NCBI GenBank assembly: GCA_002633005.1
Contig: NMRA01000005.1
Span: forward strand, 1,290,319-1,354,318
Reading direction: 5' to 3'
Length of the DNA stretch: 64,000 bases
From: Phoronis australis
Lineage: Eukaryota; Animalia; Phoronida
A program made the position numbers and the translations under genes. This document shows, piece after piece, positions 1 through 12,023 of the stretch. The notes beneath the pieces were generated by a model, which was given only the letters and a program-made list of their open reading frames with translations, did no database searches and had not been told where the DNA came from. How positions within the stretch are numbered: the first letter of the stretch is position 1; each line of letters opens with the position of its first letter.

Positions 1-180
1 TACTGAAATTACCCACCATCAAACATTTATGGCACAATGAAACAACAACGACCTGTAATTTTTTATTTTTTTGAAGTACGACCACCAGTCATTTTGAATT
101 TAAATCAAACACAACCACCCATAAATTTTTATTTCAACTGCCGTCCCCCCCCTCCCATACGGATTTTACTGGAACAGCCC
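1..180. mobile_element. Right end of a PIF/Harbinger-like MITE, truncated by the window edge
   Basis: Ends in C-run ...GGATTTTACTGGAACAGCCC followed by TTA. A GGGC-type terminus with a TWA target is typical of Harbinger MITEs. The other end is not visible. Confidence 0.4.
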
Positions 181-742
181 TTAGATGTTTGGTGTCGCTG
201 GTTTGACAAAAAAATTTAAAAACTTGTACTGCGGTACATATGTCGAATCTACGGAAAGCCTGTACAAAAAATTCAGAACACTTTCTTCTATGCAAGAATT
301 AAAATAAAGTCCAACACGTTATTTTCACTTTGCTGGGCCAAAAAAAACAGCATTTTCACTTTGTATTGAGACTAAAATGTGCACAAGGACTTCTTACACT
401 CGTAGATACGTATATACATAAGGAACTCATAAATATTTCATACTATGCCAGGATCAAATTATGTGCCGGCAAAAGTCTAACCACTCCAGGGGCACGTGAC
501 CATTCGGTAGCCTGCGACAAATTCGATTTCTGGTCCGTAATATCATCTTTTGTATTCATCTATACCAATGAAATAGAATGTACAAAAACAGCAAATGGTT
601 TAAAGAGACTCCTGGGAGATTTTTTGTAACGCGATTCAACTGGTCGTGCTTTTTCACTTCGCTCGTTTTTAATTATGACGAGTACCGTACTTGCGTACTC
701 TCAGTTGACCTTAATTACTAAGTCTTGTCTGTACTATTATAG

Positions 743-859
743 TTGATCAAGTCTGTGGTGATCATGCTGAACTCTCAGCTGGAGGTCTACAGAGAAATCC
801 AGGAAGTTGAAGACCGGGACATGACTTATGAAGAATGGTGCTCCGAGGGATTGAATGGG
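743..859 (+). CDS. ATRIP: ATRIP-like gene, internal coding exon (phase 0/0)
   Basis: Acceptor tattatAG at 741-742, donor GTgagc at 860. Encodes LIKSVVIMLNSQLEVYREIQE...GLNG, which resembles human ATRIP VVRALTVMLHRQ (recalled, not searched). Confidence 0.75.
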
Positions 860-1543
860 GTGAGCTTCGCGATTCATTCGTGTGTGTGGTTTTTTATCTT
901 GACAATTGGAAAGATCTTTTTTCAAACAGATCTGTTTTAGCTTGATGTGTTAGCTTTGAAGCAAGTTAAAAGTTATGATAAAAAGTATTACGTACTTTGA
1001 AAATGCTTAGCCTACAAAATTTAGGCTTAGTCTTGTTTCGCACAATGGGTGCTGCACTCCCCCTTCCTTTCGGTAAATCTGTATAGTCCTTATGATAGCA
1101 CAAACCACTGACCTAGTTATGTTTGTGGCCAGTTTCTTTTGTTTGGGGACTGGAGTACAGAGACCATGCATTCTTTACACAATAGGTTCATCTGGCATGT
1201 GCATGTGATGAAATCTCGTGAAAGGTTTGGAGTTATTTGAATAATAGAGCTCTTGATGCAAATGTTATATTTCATTCTGGGCTAAATGTGCTTTAGTATG
1301 TATTATGTATAATTTAGTGACCTGTAGCAACTCCTTTTTTCATGTAAAATATCGATTGTGGAAATAAAATCTAATTTCGAGGTCTACTGTATTATTGAAG
1401 CTACTTTCTGTTTATAAGACCAATTTTGATACAGACCAATTCTCGTTACAAAACTGATCTTGGCTTGTTCCTTGCTCATGGGTGAAGTAATCTTTGTACT
1501 TGGGAACAAATGATATTATGTTGTTGCTCAGGGCCATGCTCAG

Positions 1544-1842
1544 TGCATAAGATAACCCTGCCAATTTGCATAAGGTGACCCTGCCAATTTGCATAAGATG
1601 CTCCTGCCAATTTGCATAAGGTGACCCTGCCAATTTGCAAAAGGTGACCCTGCCAATTTGCATAAGATGACCCTGCCAATTTGCATAAGATGACCCTGCC
1701 AATTTGCATAAGATGACCCTGCCAGTTTGCATAAGATGACCCTGCCAATTTGCATAAGATGACCCTGCCAATTTGCATAACATTACCCTGCCAATTTGCA
1801 TAAGATGACCCTGCCAATTTGCATAAGATTACCCTGCCAGTT
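1544..1842. repeat. Intronic minisatellite, 23-bp unit (GACCCTGCCAATTTGCATAAGAT), about 13 copies
   Basis: CC(C/T)TGCCA recurs every 23 nt from about 1556 to 1832. Units are head-to-tail with no spacers. It explains the three repetitive minus-strand ORFs at 1412-1817. Confidence 0.97.
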
Positions 1843-2039
1843 CTTCCCTTGCCCAGAAACCACTTCTTATCGGAGTAAGCGACAAATCAAGACCAATTTT
1901 ATAATAGAAAGTGGACCAAGTCAGAGGTTGTTTTTTGATTTGAGGACCCTCCTCCCCTTTAGTTAGTGGGTGTGGCTTTCACCTTGTCATTACTGCTGTG
2001 TACTTCTAGTGTTTTCTGTTGAACTACTTCTCTCTACAG

Positions 2040-2238
2040 GTCACGCCCACTAGACAGTCGACCGTTAGGGGGAGATGTGTTGAGTTTCTACGTCAGGGTC
2101 TACTGTTTCTCCACCTGTTGTCGTTGCATGACGCCATGTTTGCCGATCACCACTTTGAAGTCGAACACCAGTTTGTCAACTTCATTTGTGGTATCAGGCC
2201 TATTTACAAGCAGTTCGCCAACGTTTCAGAGTTTGAAA
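2040..2238 (+). CDS. ATRIP: ATRIP-like gene, penultimate coding exon (phase 0/1)
   Basis: Acceptor ttctctctacAG at 2038-2039, donor GTaaga at 2239. Encodes RCVEFLRQGLLFLHLLSLHDAMFADHHFEVEHQFVNFICGIRPIYKQFANVSEFE, versus recalled human ATRIP RTVRCLRDTVLLLHGLSQKDKLFMMHCVEVLHQFDQVMPGVSMLIRGLPDVTDCE. Confidence 0.8.
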
Positions 2239-3244
2239 GTAAGAACTTGCACTCGTTATATTTCAACCCATTTGGTTTCTGCTACCAAGTTCAGTTGAAC
2301 CGCATTACAAAGAACCTCCCGCATCTTTCCTAGAGCATTTTATTGTAACCAACTCTGCTTTTCAGAAAAAATAAAAACCATTAAAATTGTGGACTTGAAT
2401 GTTATAAGCGGCGAACGTTCTAAACTAGACATGTTGTAATGCGGTTCGACTGTAGTGTTGCTAGTGACTAGAGCCGAATGACAAGTGTCGTAGATCCTAG
2501 TTGTAACATTCTACAGGTTATGGTCTGAGATTGCCAGAAGTGCTCAAAAGTCAAATCAGAGCCTGGAAGTGTAGTGGTAAACCAAACCTTGACAGATGTC
2601 ACTAAGGTGTTGCCTCCGTCAAACAAGATTGAATCATTAATGGTCTGCGAGGACACGTGGCAAAGAGAGGCAATGCTGAAGAGAATAAACAAAGGTCCAC
2701 TATATAATTTGAAATTTTGCTTGCTCCCGTCTATTTTAAAGCTAGGTATAGACTTGCGCATATTAGTCTCCCAACAAATCTTTTCTACGTTAGGCGAAAA
2801 AAGCAGAGTTGGTTATTTTCTCTTTTTGAAAGTGGAGTCGGTGGTATATTCTTTTTTTAGTTGCTCACATTTTCAAGAAACAAAATCCACCTGAGACGAG
2901 TAAAACTGATGCAGGATTTATTTTAATTTGTTACTCATCGCGTGACAAATCATGGTGTTTCGAACCTTGCCTAACTGCCTTTTTATAGTTTTTCAAAAAG
3001 AAACATGACCTTGGCTGAAATAGATGCTAGTGGGTTTTTTTGTATAGTTGATTATGAGCGCAGGTCTGAAAATGAGTTGGGATATAGACCAGAACCGACG
3101 ATGCTTTTTTTGACCTTATCTAGATTAAAACGTAAGGGCAGTTTTCTCCATTTGCGACAACCGATTCATGGAACCACGAGCAGATTGCTATATTTTTTTG
3201 CTATAAATTCTCACTATTATCTTCTCTTTCAACACATTTTTCAG

Positions 3245-3366
3245 TGAATGCTTTGTATGACCTTTGGGACTTCGAACAAGATGACCCTGACTTTTCAAAG
3301 GAGGAGGATGAGCAGGATAGTTCAGAGAACAGTCGAGGAGAGGTCGCTTCCATGGAAACGCAGTGA
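3245..3366 (+). CDS. ATRIP: ATRIP-like gene, terminal coding exon
   Basis: Polypyrimidine tract plus tttcAG at 3243-3244. The phase-1 join gives (M)NALYDLWDFEQDDPDFSKEEDEQDSSENSRGEVASMETQ*, an acidic tail like human EAALDDLCAAETDVEDPE. TGA at 3364-3366. Candidate AATAAA at 3682 and 4018. Confidence 0.75.
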
Positions 3367-5761
3367 TTGACATTTTTTCAGAAGGCGACAATACATTGAA
3401 TTTGTACTGACGGTCTACTTTGTATTTAGAATCATTTGAGCTTAATGATTACGAAAATATTTACGGTAGTGTCTTTACACAGTATTCCCATTACAAAGAA
3501 ATAGCCTGTGATGTGCTGTTTAGATTGTTTAAATAACTCATTCATGTCTGCAGTTGCAAGTATCTGCTTTGTAGCCTTTGAATTAACTGGTGAAATTTAG
3601 TTGCTTTGGAACAAAACGTTTCATCGATTCTGGTCTGTGGTTGTTCTGTTGATGTGTGATTTAAAAAGGATTGAGAATTTTAATAAAAGTGATTTGGGTG
3701 GGCAGCGAGTTGCAGGTTTTAAAATGAGTCGGGCACATACCAGAATTTGCTTTTTTTTTGGCCTTATAAATACACGAGGTCATGGCCAGAATTAGCTAAC
3801 TGGGCATGCACAGCTACTTCATTAGGCTAATGAAACGGACATTTACTGTCAGCCACAGACATGTTTAAGCCTTAGTTTCAGTCAAAAGATAACATGTATA
3901 TGAGAAGCCAGTGAAAATGGAAATAATTGTGCTGCTGCTTTTTTGTGATGTGATGAGCTTACATGTTGAAAATGTTATACTGGTTTATTAAAGTGAAGTT
4001 CTGCATCGATTGTTGTAAATAAAAAAGACTGATTTGCCTGAAGTGATCAGGACAGTGACAAAACATGAAGCATCATGACCGTTTTGTTCTAATAGTTGAC
4101 GGAATATGCAATAAATAACTCCTAACTTTGTATAAAGTTGAATTTTTTAATTTACAGCTCGTTGAATCTGCAAAAATGGCTTCTTGATTAATATTGGGGG
4201 GAGGATGTTTGCATGGGGTGCTCGTTATATTTATAGCAAGTGCATTTGGGTCAATCAAACTGTCTGAATCTCGGCATCAGGGCCAGTTATCCAAGGCTGT
4301 GACTGGCATTTTATGAGATAATCTATTGGGGTCAAATTTTCAAAAAAAATATGAGTACACACTTTGCATGGTATCTTACACTTATCCGAAATGAAAATAT
4401 CTGAACTGCCCTACCATTTGTAGTGTTTCACCATCCTTTGATATAAACCTTATCAATCGGCTACATGAATTTACACCTTCAACATTTAAATGGGTTTTTT
4501 CTTCAAAAACATTAATGGATTTCTTTTCAATTGTTTTTATTTTCAGATCCACATTTTTGGAAGTTTCAATCGGAAAATATTGGATCATATCCACACTTCT
4601 TAAGGGTGTGCAGCCCTACTAAGTAAAATTGTGCTTTTGTGAGCTAAAGTGAAATGTGAATTGTGTTTTACGTCTTGATATCTCAACATCACAGCTGGGG
4701 GTGTTGACACACACAGAAGACCAGTTCCCATGGAGACGTGAAAATAGGTCGAATCGCAAGATGCCAGCATTGCGCTTCATACGAGCCTAGAGTTAGCATT
4801 TCCCTGTGCCAATTTGTGAAAAATCGAGAACAGGGCAAAATTCGAGAAAATGTCATATCGCAAGAAACTGATGACATACGCCACGCACTTTGTTAGCATA
4901 CTTGTTAGAAAGTTTGATCGAAATTCGAGAAATGTAGAAATTGTGCACGTGGGATTTTCCAGCATGCATGAAATCAAGAACCCGCTAAAGTTACGAAAAA
5001 TATGGTCCAATCGCAAAATGACGACTAGGCTGTTTACAAGCATGCTTTTTGAAAGTTTGTTCGAAATCCCCTCTGAACTGTAGAGCAAGTTGTACGCGTT
5101 GGTTCAGCTATTGAACTGGTTCAGCCACATGAGAGCGCTGCGAACGAACAAAAGATGTCATGCACGTAGAACGGGCCGAAATTGCAGAAAGTACGTCGGT
5201 CAAATCGCAAAATGTTGACGACACGCGGTAGGGCACTGCTTAAGCATAATTTTTTAATAAATCAAAGAGATGCTGGAATGTCGTGCAGTTACCTACGGAT
5301 AAGGATATAAAATAGTAAAATTAGTAAAAATAAAACGACTCAGTTTGTCAGGGGTATGATACAGACTGCATGTTGTTCAAGCTGCCTAATTGTATGCCAC
5401 CATGCGGTCACCTATGCGATTTTATTCATATCAATCTATTCGGCAGTCATACCCTTGACAAAGAGCACATCGCTCGAAACGTGGGTAATATTTTAANAGA
5501 AAGAATTTTTTACCAGAAATATCCCGACAGCATACAGACATCGAAAACGTCAAATACTTATTCAAAACAAACTCTGGAAATCTTTTGAAAAGACTATCCT
5601 TATTTATATTAAAGGCTTATGGTATTAGACAGGAAACTCTAACATTGTAACGTGTAAATATGTATATATGTATTGAATACCCGGACATGAAATTGCCACC
5701 TATACCAAATGTTGCAATGTAATATGTACAAATGAGCTTAGCTCCAAGTGCAATAAACAAC

Positions 5762-5781
5762 CTCTCTCTCTCTCTCTCTCT
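5762..5781. repeat. (CT)10 microsatellite
   Basis: Read directly from the sequence. Confidence 0.9.
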
Positions 5782-8239
5782 AGTTCCGGGCACTGCCTGC
5801 CCGTACGGAAGCGGGAAAATCAAGAACGACGGGGCAAATTTCCAGAAAATGCAGTCAAATCGCAAACTAATGACGAAAGCGTGACGCACCACGCAAGCAT
5901 ATTTTTTGAAAGTTTTTTCGAAAAGCATTTGAAATGTATGAGCTGCAGAATAGCTTTTTCGTACGGGAACGTGAAAAACAAAAATTAATAAGCAGGAAAT
6001 CAAGGTCGAATTCCCGAAATGCCGAGTATGTTCGCTGCTAGTAAGTATTATTCTGTTGTTTACTTATACACTGAGAAATGTAAGAGATACGCACAAAACG
6101 TTCTCAACATGTCTGGGAACATAGAGAGGCCTACCACAATTTCCTGATTCGGCACCAGAGCGGGACGTAAAAGAGGATTTCTAAACAGACTATTGGTCAT
6201 TTTCATTGCGTTCCCAGGAATGACCGCGCCGCTCGTCGCGCGTCTGTGCTGACTGAGTTTTATTTTTGGGGAGCGTTTTTAAAGACGTCTACAATTGTTA
6301 GATGGGACTTCCACTGTCGTTGCGTCGTCTCGGAATATCGTGAGGGCGGTCTGTTTAGTTCTCCGAGTCCGGCCGACAATGAACAAAAAAGTCTTCACGA
6401 CGCACTTCATGGTGGGAAGTGATCCAGTTGAGGTGAGATGCAAAGCTTAGCAGACAATTCGTTTTTATCCACGGTATTCCGAAATAACATGCTTCTTCAA
6501 AAATACAATGTTTCACATATAGGCGCACTTGCTAGTCCGCACGCGGGCGGCGATAGGAGTTTCACTGCTACCTGGCAGTCCCCCAAGTTTTTTACATACC
6601 ACTGAGGTTTAATTTTTATCCATCTCTGTCAGTTGTTCTGTATGTGAACTGAAGTAAGGTAATCGCATGTTTTAATAGTTTTTATTCAAGTGCATTTTTC
6701 AGTGACACCAGGATTGAGCCCCGATTACTAAGAATCTCGAGGAAGAAGATAGTGTTGCCACATACTCGCGAGATCTTACGTTTTCGCGAGATTCTCACGT
6801 CCATCACGCACGTAGTCTACCGCCCAGGCGACATGGTGTCCTGATGCTTCAAATACAAGTGGATTGGCCTGAGTGCACTCACACTCGTTTTTCATTGTAT
6901 ATACATAATAATATCTAGTCACATGATTTTTAAAAACGCAAAATAGACAACCATGTTATCGCATACATTCCCTGCCGTGCTGGCGTCAGTGTTGTACAGC
7001 TCGGTGTTGGCCGTTAAAGTAGATAGTATGTCAGTTTGCCGATAGACGGCAATTGAGAAGCAACCGGTTCGGTCATTATTTTTTCGTCATTTCCAAGTAC
7101 GTAATTGTAATCAGTCTCTTAATTTATTCCAGTGACAGTTAAGTCAAACATGGGAAAATAATGTGGAAAGACAACTACTAAACAATGCAGCAGATACCTC
7201 GTTTTATAGAGTGGCATCCTGTGAGGGGTTTGAACAAGCGGGAAATCACTGAAGAACCATAGATTCACTTACCGGGTATAAGCAGGAAGAGATGGTATAA
7301 TTAATTACTCTGAGTTTTAGAAAAATAATGGGTGCCACAAAATGAAATCAGACTTCACATGACAATAAATACGTTTTTTTATTGACGTAGAGACAAGATA
7401 ACTAGTTTAAGTTCCTCAAAACAGACTAAAAAGTCTTTAAACCAAAAGAAATGCATTGTTCATTAATTTGAGAAGAAGATTGACCTTGCATTTCTTTGAC
7501 GTTTTTGAGTTCCCAGCGGCATTGCACAATAAATTTAAACGGCTTTCGCTAAAACCGTCGTTTTTGCCATTCTCGTGCGCGCAGAGTACGTGCCGGTTCA
7601 CGCGCCAACTTTTACAGTCAGATCAGAGGTGAAAACACAGTAAGGTCTGAGCGCAGAGTCTGGTCCACAGAAATATTGAATTTAAATTTTCGACGTTGTA
7701 CTGTAGTGAGAGTACAATTTTGGGACACTGTATATTTTAAGAAAATTTTCGAGAGTGTCGAATGTAAAGCGCCGAGGGACAACATGATGCTTAATTCCGA
7801 GAAGGTGGACCAGTTTCCATGTGATTGCATGGAACCTGTCGACTGGTCTTGCAATCTAATCACGATTCAGTGGCCATTCTTGAATAAACTGAGTTTCCAA
7901 ACCACGAACCCTGGATCAAAAACTGATTTAAAATCCCACCGAGACAAATACATAACCACATTTCTATGCCCCTCGTGCAACTACATGGTTGTTGTTGATT
8001 TTATTCGCCATTCATAAAAATTTACGATCCCTGTGGGCACTTCTCCCAACTAAATCCCAAACAAAGCTTCGGTGGTTATCGGCAATTCAGCGTTTCAATA
8101 CCTGCCTTCCTTACATTTTAGACACCCGTTTTATAATTACCTGAACAAAAGGTGAGCTTTCGCAATATTTACAAATAGCAGATATCTTTTGTACCGGTTT
8201 ATCAATCAGTCTCCCATATATGGACAGTAAAGGAGTGAT

Positions 8240-8350
8240 TGTGTGACATCACTAGTTTACTGACTTCTGATTGGGTGGTGCGTCGGAGCGAGTGAATAAA
8301 CATCTCGACCACTTTATCCCGCCAATGTTAACAATCACGTCAGTTCGATG
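8240..8350 (+). promoter_or_regulatory. Putative TATA-less core promoter of the DUSP gene
   Basis: TGACATCA 8244, inverted CCAAT 8270, forkhead-like AATAAACA 8295, CCAAT 8322, and CRE-like TCACGTCA 8335 overlapping initiator-like TCAGTT 8340-8345, about 250 nt upstream of the ATG. The TSS is inferred, not observed. Confidence 0.45.
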
Positions 8351-8592
8351 TGTGTGCTGGCCTGAATCAGCTCCACATTACCATTCCACAACTCGTGTGT
8401 GCTTGCCGTAGTATTCTAAATTGAACTCATTCCCACATTCAGCTTAATCGACGACTTTCTGGTCATATGTTCGAGCTTCCATCCAGTTGAAAACGAGAAA
8501 TTTACGGCGGAGTTCATCACCGTAGACTTCGATTGTGTTGTCGAAAACTTGGGTCGAATGCGGACGCGCTGACAAGAAAGTTTTGCCTAGTT

Positions 8593-8974
8593 ATGCCTGT
8601 CTTGGAATCGGTACAGATGAGCGGAGGAGATAGCTGTACACCTGAGTGGCTCAACGCCCAACTCAACCAGAGGCGAGAGCTGCTTATTTTAGACTGTCGT
8701 TTGCAGTGCGATTTTATTGCCTCACATGTTCGGGGGGCCATCTGTGTTTCTATCCCGAACTTGCTTCTGCGACGATTGAAAAAGGGAAATCTCAGTGTTT
8801 CGTCGGCGATTCAGTGTAACGAGATGAAGGAGAAGTTCAACAAAATGTGGAAGAACCACTCCATTGTGTTGTACGACGGCTGTACGACTGATATTAACGC
8901 TAACCCGAGCAGTATTCTCTGTTTACTTCAGGAGCGACTTCGGCGGGATAATTGCAAGGTCTTCTACTTACAAG
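8593..8974 (+). CDS. DUSP6/7: Dual-specificity MAP kinase phosphatase (DUSP6/7/9, MKP-3 family), exon 1: rhodanese/CH2 domain with kinase-interaction motif
   Basis: ATG at 8593 (the track start at 8533 is TTG). Motifs LILDCR, SHVRGAI, KIM LLLRRLKKG, IVLYD, VFYLQG. Donor G|GTAAGC at 8975, phase 1. Confidence 0.95.
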
Positions 8975-11630
8975 GTAAGCCTACGTGTCCTTAGGAAGTC
9001 GCTTCTTCGGCTACCTTGGGCTATTAGGACGATCAATTATTGTGAAATACACGTTTTGCGTAAATTTGCTCAAAGACATGCTAATTTGTAAGTTGCATGG
9101 ATGTCTGTTCTCCTATGTTCATGTAGGCCTAATTACTTAGGGGAAAGGCAAAATTCGTTGTCAGTGGAGAAGTCGCGAATGATCAAATAATCTATTAAAT
9201 TGTAATAAAACCTTCTACTATTCTGCTTCAGAACCATTTCATTCATTTTGTTCAGTGAATTAATCATTTCTTGAAATTTCTTCCTCGATGCGACAATAAT
9301 TATGTCAGTTGACATTCATCAATTTAGTAACCAATTCTAGGCAACTTTTTATTTGTAGCCAGCTTTGAAAAAAACATGAACCACAGGCACAGTGTGGGAG
9401 CTCAAATGAAATATTATCATCGACCGTATTGTGAAATGGTGATTAAAAAACATCGTTCCCTACATGTCCGCGAACGATTACTTATGACAAGTTAAGTTTT
9501 GATGGGTTTTACCCCAAGTTAAGCGCAAACACACTCACGCATATTTATTTCAGCACGTTCTCCCTGTGACTATATGGCTAATTTATGCGTCGTTTTCCTG
9601 AATGAGTGAGGGTCAAACTGGTGACGTATTCGTGGACACCTGCTGTGTTGGGCCGCGTTATTGGAGACGAGATTTAACGGAGAGTCCAAGAATGTCAGAT
9701 CTCATGTGACGCTTCCGCTGCAGTGGATCGTATTTCGGCCAAGGAATATCTTTAAACAAATATTATTCGTCATTATGTGTGCAGCGCAGAACACTAAACT
9801 AACATTACGCTAAATAATTGTGACCGGCTATTATTTTTCTTCAATCGCTATAGCTGGATTGTGTCGATTGACAAAGTAGATGAGCCGGTGTAACTGACAG
9901 CTCGGAAATTGTGCACATTTGATTTGACTGTTCAGCTGCAATGTCGAACTGAAACAATTAAAAACTGCAGACAGCTAATTTGCATGAATAATTCACTGCG
10001 AACTAATTTTAATTTAAAACGGCTTGAAAGTATTTCTAGGAAAATCTGCCACTGCGGGTTTAGTGGTAAAAAAGGCTGACTCAATCTTAAACCATCGTGG
10101 TTGCTATTGATTAATTCTAGAGTCTTTAATGACACTTGACAATCAGACCCCGTTTGATCAACTTGTCTCTGAGGAGTTTTCCAATCTCGATTGATTTTGT
10201 TACTCGTATAGACTTTCCATTCATTAATATTATTAGTTTCTAGTTGACATGGTGAAACCAGATCATTTAATAGTTCCTTAATATTATTTAGCCACCTCTT
10301 CAATTGAGGAGCATATATCGCGTAATTCTTGGTAAACTTGCTCACAAGCAGGTTTTTTCCTAAACGTAATATTGATCTTTTGCGGACATGACCTCTTTGG
10401 CTGAAATGACCTCTGAAATAAAACCATCATAAAATTTCAACAATTTTTTGTGAAGTGTCCATCATTTCTAAAATCTACGGTATTTGTCTATTTGCACCAG
10501 CCTCAAGCCTATTTACATTGACATGGTGTTCTGCAAATAGACCAACAGATTCTAGAATATGATATCATGAAGCAGTTTCAAGAAGTTTGGAGTGTCCAAT
10601 AAATAATGCATGTTTCTCGAATAAGCAGTACAGCAATGTTCCACTGTTTCGCCAAAAATAATTGCCAAAATGGTAATTTTCAATTTTTCATTGGCTGATA
10701 ATCTTTTTAGAAATAATGAAAATCTACTCACTGCAAACCGCGCTTGTAATAGATTAAAATGTTCTAAATCTTTAGTTTTGTGGAGAATTTAACAAAGCAG
10801 AATATCGCTTGTCGGTCGTATTGTGTGCAAAGTAAGTGTTTTCTGTAAACTCTGCTTTTCATTTCTAAGTCAGCATCAGGAATAGTTTTAGAGCCAAGTA
10901 CTTACGAGAGTTCACAATTGAACGGCCAGTGATTGTCACATACAATTGGTCCCGCATTCTGAGAACCACTTCATCTCTCTACTGAATAAATGGGCATCAA
11001 AACTGGTTCTCAATTTCCGGGACCCCTGTACATGACAACTGCTTGGTTGCCATTGAGCAGCTGTATTTTAATGGTTACGCATCTCAAAATGTGGTCTGTG
11101 TTTAGGCTGCTGTCCGTCATGTAGTATGAACACTCTGACACACAAGTGCCCTCAATCTTGCACACGCGGCCTGTGGTTGACCCCTCTACTTCCTGTGTTA
11201 TAACTCTCAAACCAGCATAGTTTGTGTACACTAACCAATTTGGATCAATACCACTTGTTTATCTTGCCAGCCAAGGTGTGTTTATGGACAGGACAATAAT
11301 CTGCTATCATTTGTAACTCAACATGTCAATTTCTAGCTCAGAGCAGAAAGAAGGATGAATGAAGTCTTGTCAAGGATGTGTTATTGACTATTGGGTTGTA
11401 AAATAGCTTCATATTGTGAGGAGACGAGGTGTCTGCCATCTTAACCACAGGCAACAATTGAAATAGTAGTTTTTGTTAGTCTACATCTGGTTATTTGTAT
11501 TCATTATTTCCCATCAAAACATTAAATAATTAACAGGAAACATCAGGATAATGTGTCTGTCTTGATATGTCTCATTTACGGAACACAGCTTAAATTTTTG
11601 TTTTGACTAAATTATGTTTCTCTCTTGCAG

Positions 11631-12023
11631 GAGGCTTTACCCTCTTCCAAGAAAAATACTCACAGCACTTATCTGCCTTCAACGACAACGAAGACACTTC
11701 TAAAGTGACTCTTGGTTTGCGTAGTCTTTCTTTATCCGATTCGGATCCAGAACACTCGGATTATAACATCTCGGACTCGGATTCACCCAATCAGGATTTC
11801 CTGCCATTAGAAGTGTGCACAAATCTGTACCTAGGAAATGCCAAAAATGCGTCTGACTTGGACGCCTTGCGCATGTGTGGGATAAAGTACATACTGAACG
11901 TTACGCCAAATCTTCCGAACAAATTCGAGAACCTCAGTGACATTAAATACAAACAGATTCCAATCAATGACCATTGGTCACAGAACTTGTCCGTGTATTT
12001 CCCAGAAGCCATTGCATTTATTA
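11631..12023 (+). CDS. DUSP6/7: DUSP6/7/9 exon 2: linker and start of the phosphatase domain
   Basis: Acceptor tctcttgcAG at 11629-11630 restores LQG|GF. Contains NES-like LGLRSLSL, LYLGNAKNA, YILNVTPNLPN and the general-acid loop IPINDHWSQNL. Donor A|GTAAGT at 12024, phase 1. Confidence 0.97.

Noticed and set aside
1544-1842. CRISPR-like array, or repetitive proteins from ORFs 1412-1817
   Set aside because: Units are contiguous with no unique spacers, there are no cas genes, and the context is a eukaryotic intron. The ORFs are by-products of a 23-bp period.
2517-2894. Possible extra ATRIP exon (acceptor ctacAG at 2515-2516) or ORF 2574-2894
   Set aside because: The phase-1 join gives a short peptide unlike ATRIP followed by a stop. 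The exon at 3245 fits the expected acidic tail much better.
6148-6165. PBS-like CGGCACCAGAGCGGG suggesting an LTR retroelement
   Set aside because: No LTR pair and no gag/pol sequence seen.
6279-6410. Minus-strand ATG in strong Kozak context (CCCACCATGA)
   Set aside because: Only about 43 codons, no recognisable motif and no clear splice donor.
9932-10345. 137-aa antisense ORF in DUSP intron 1
   Set aside because: No recognisable domain or splice context. Chance ORFs of this size are expected.
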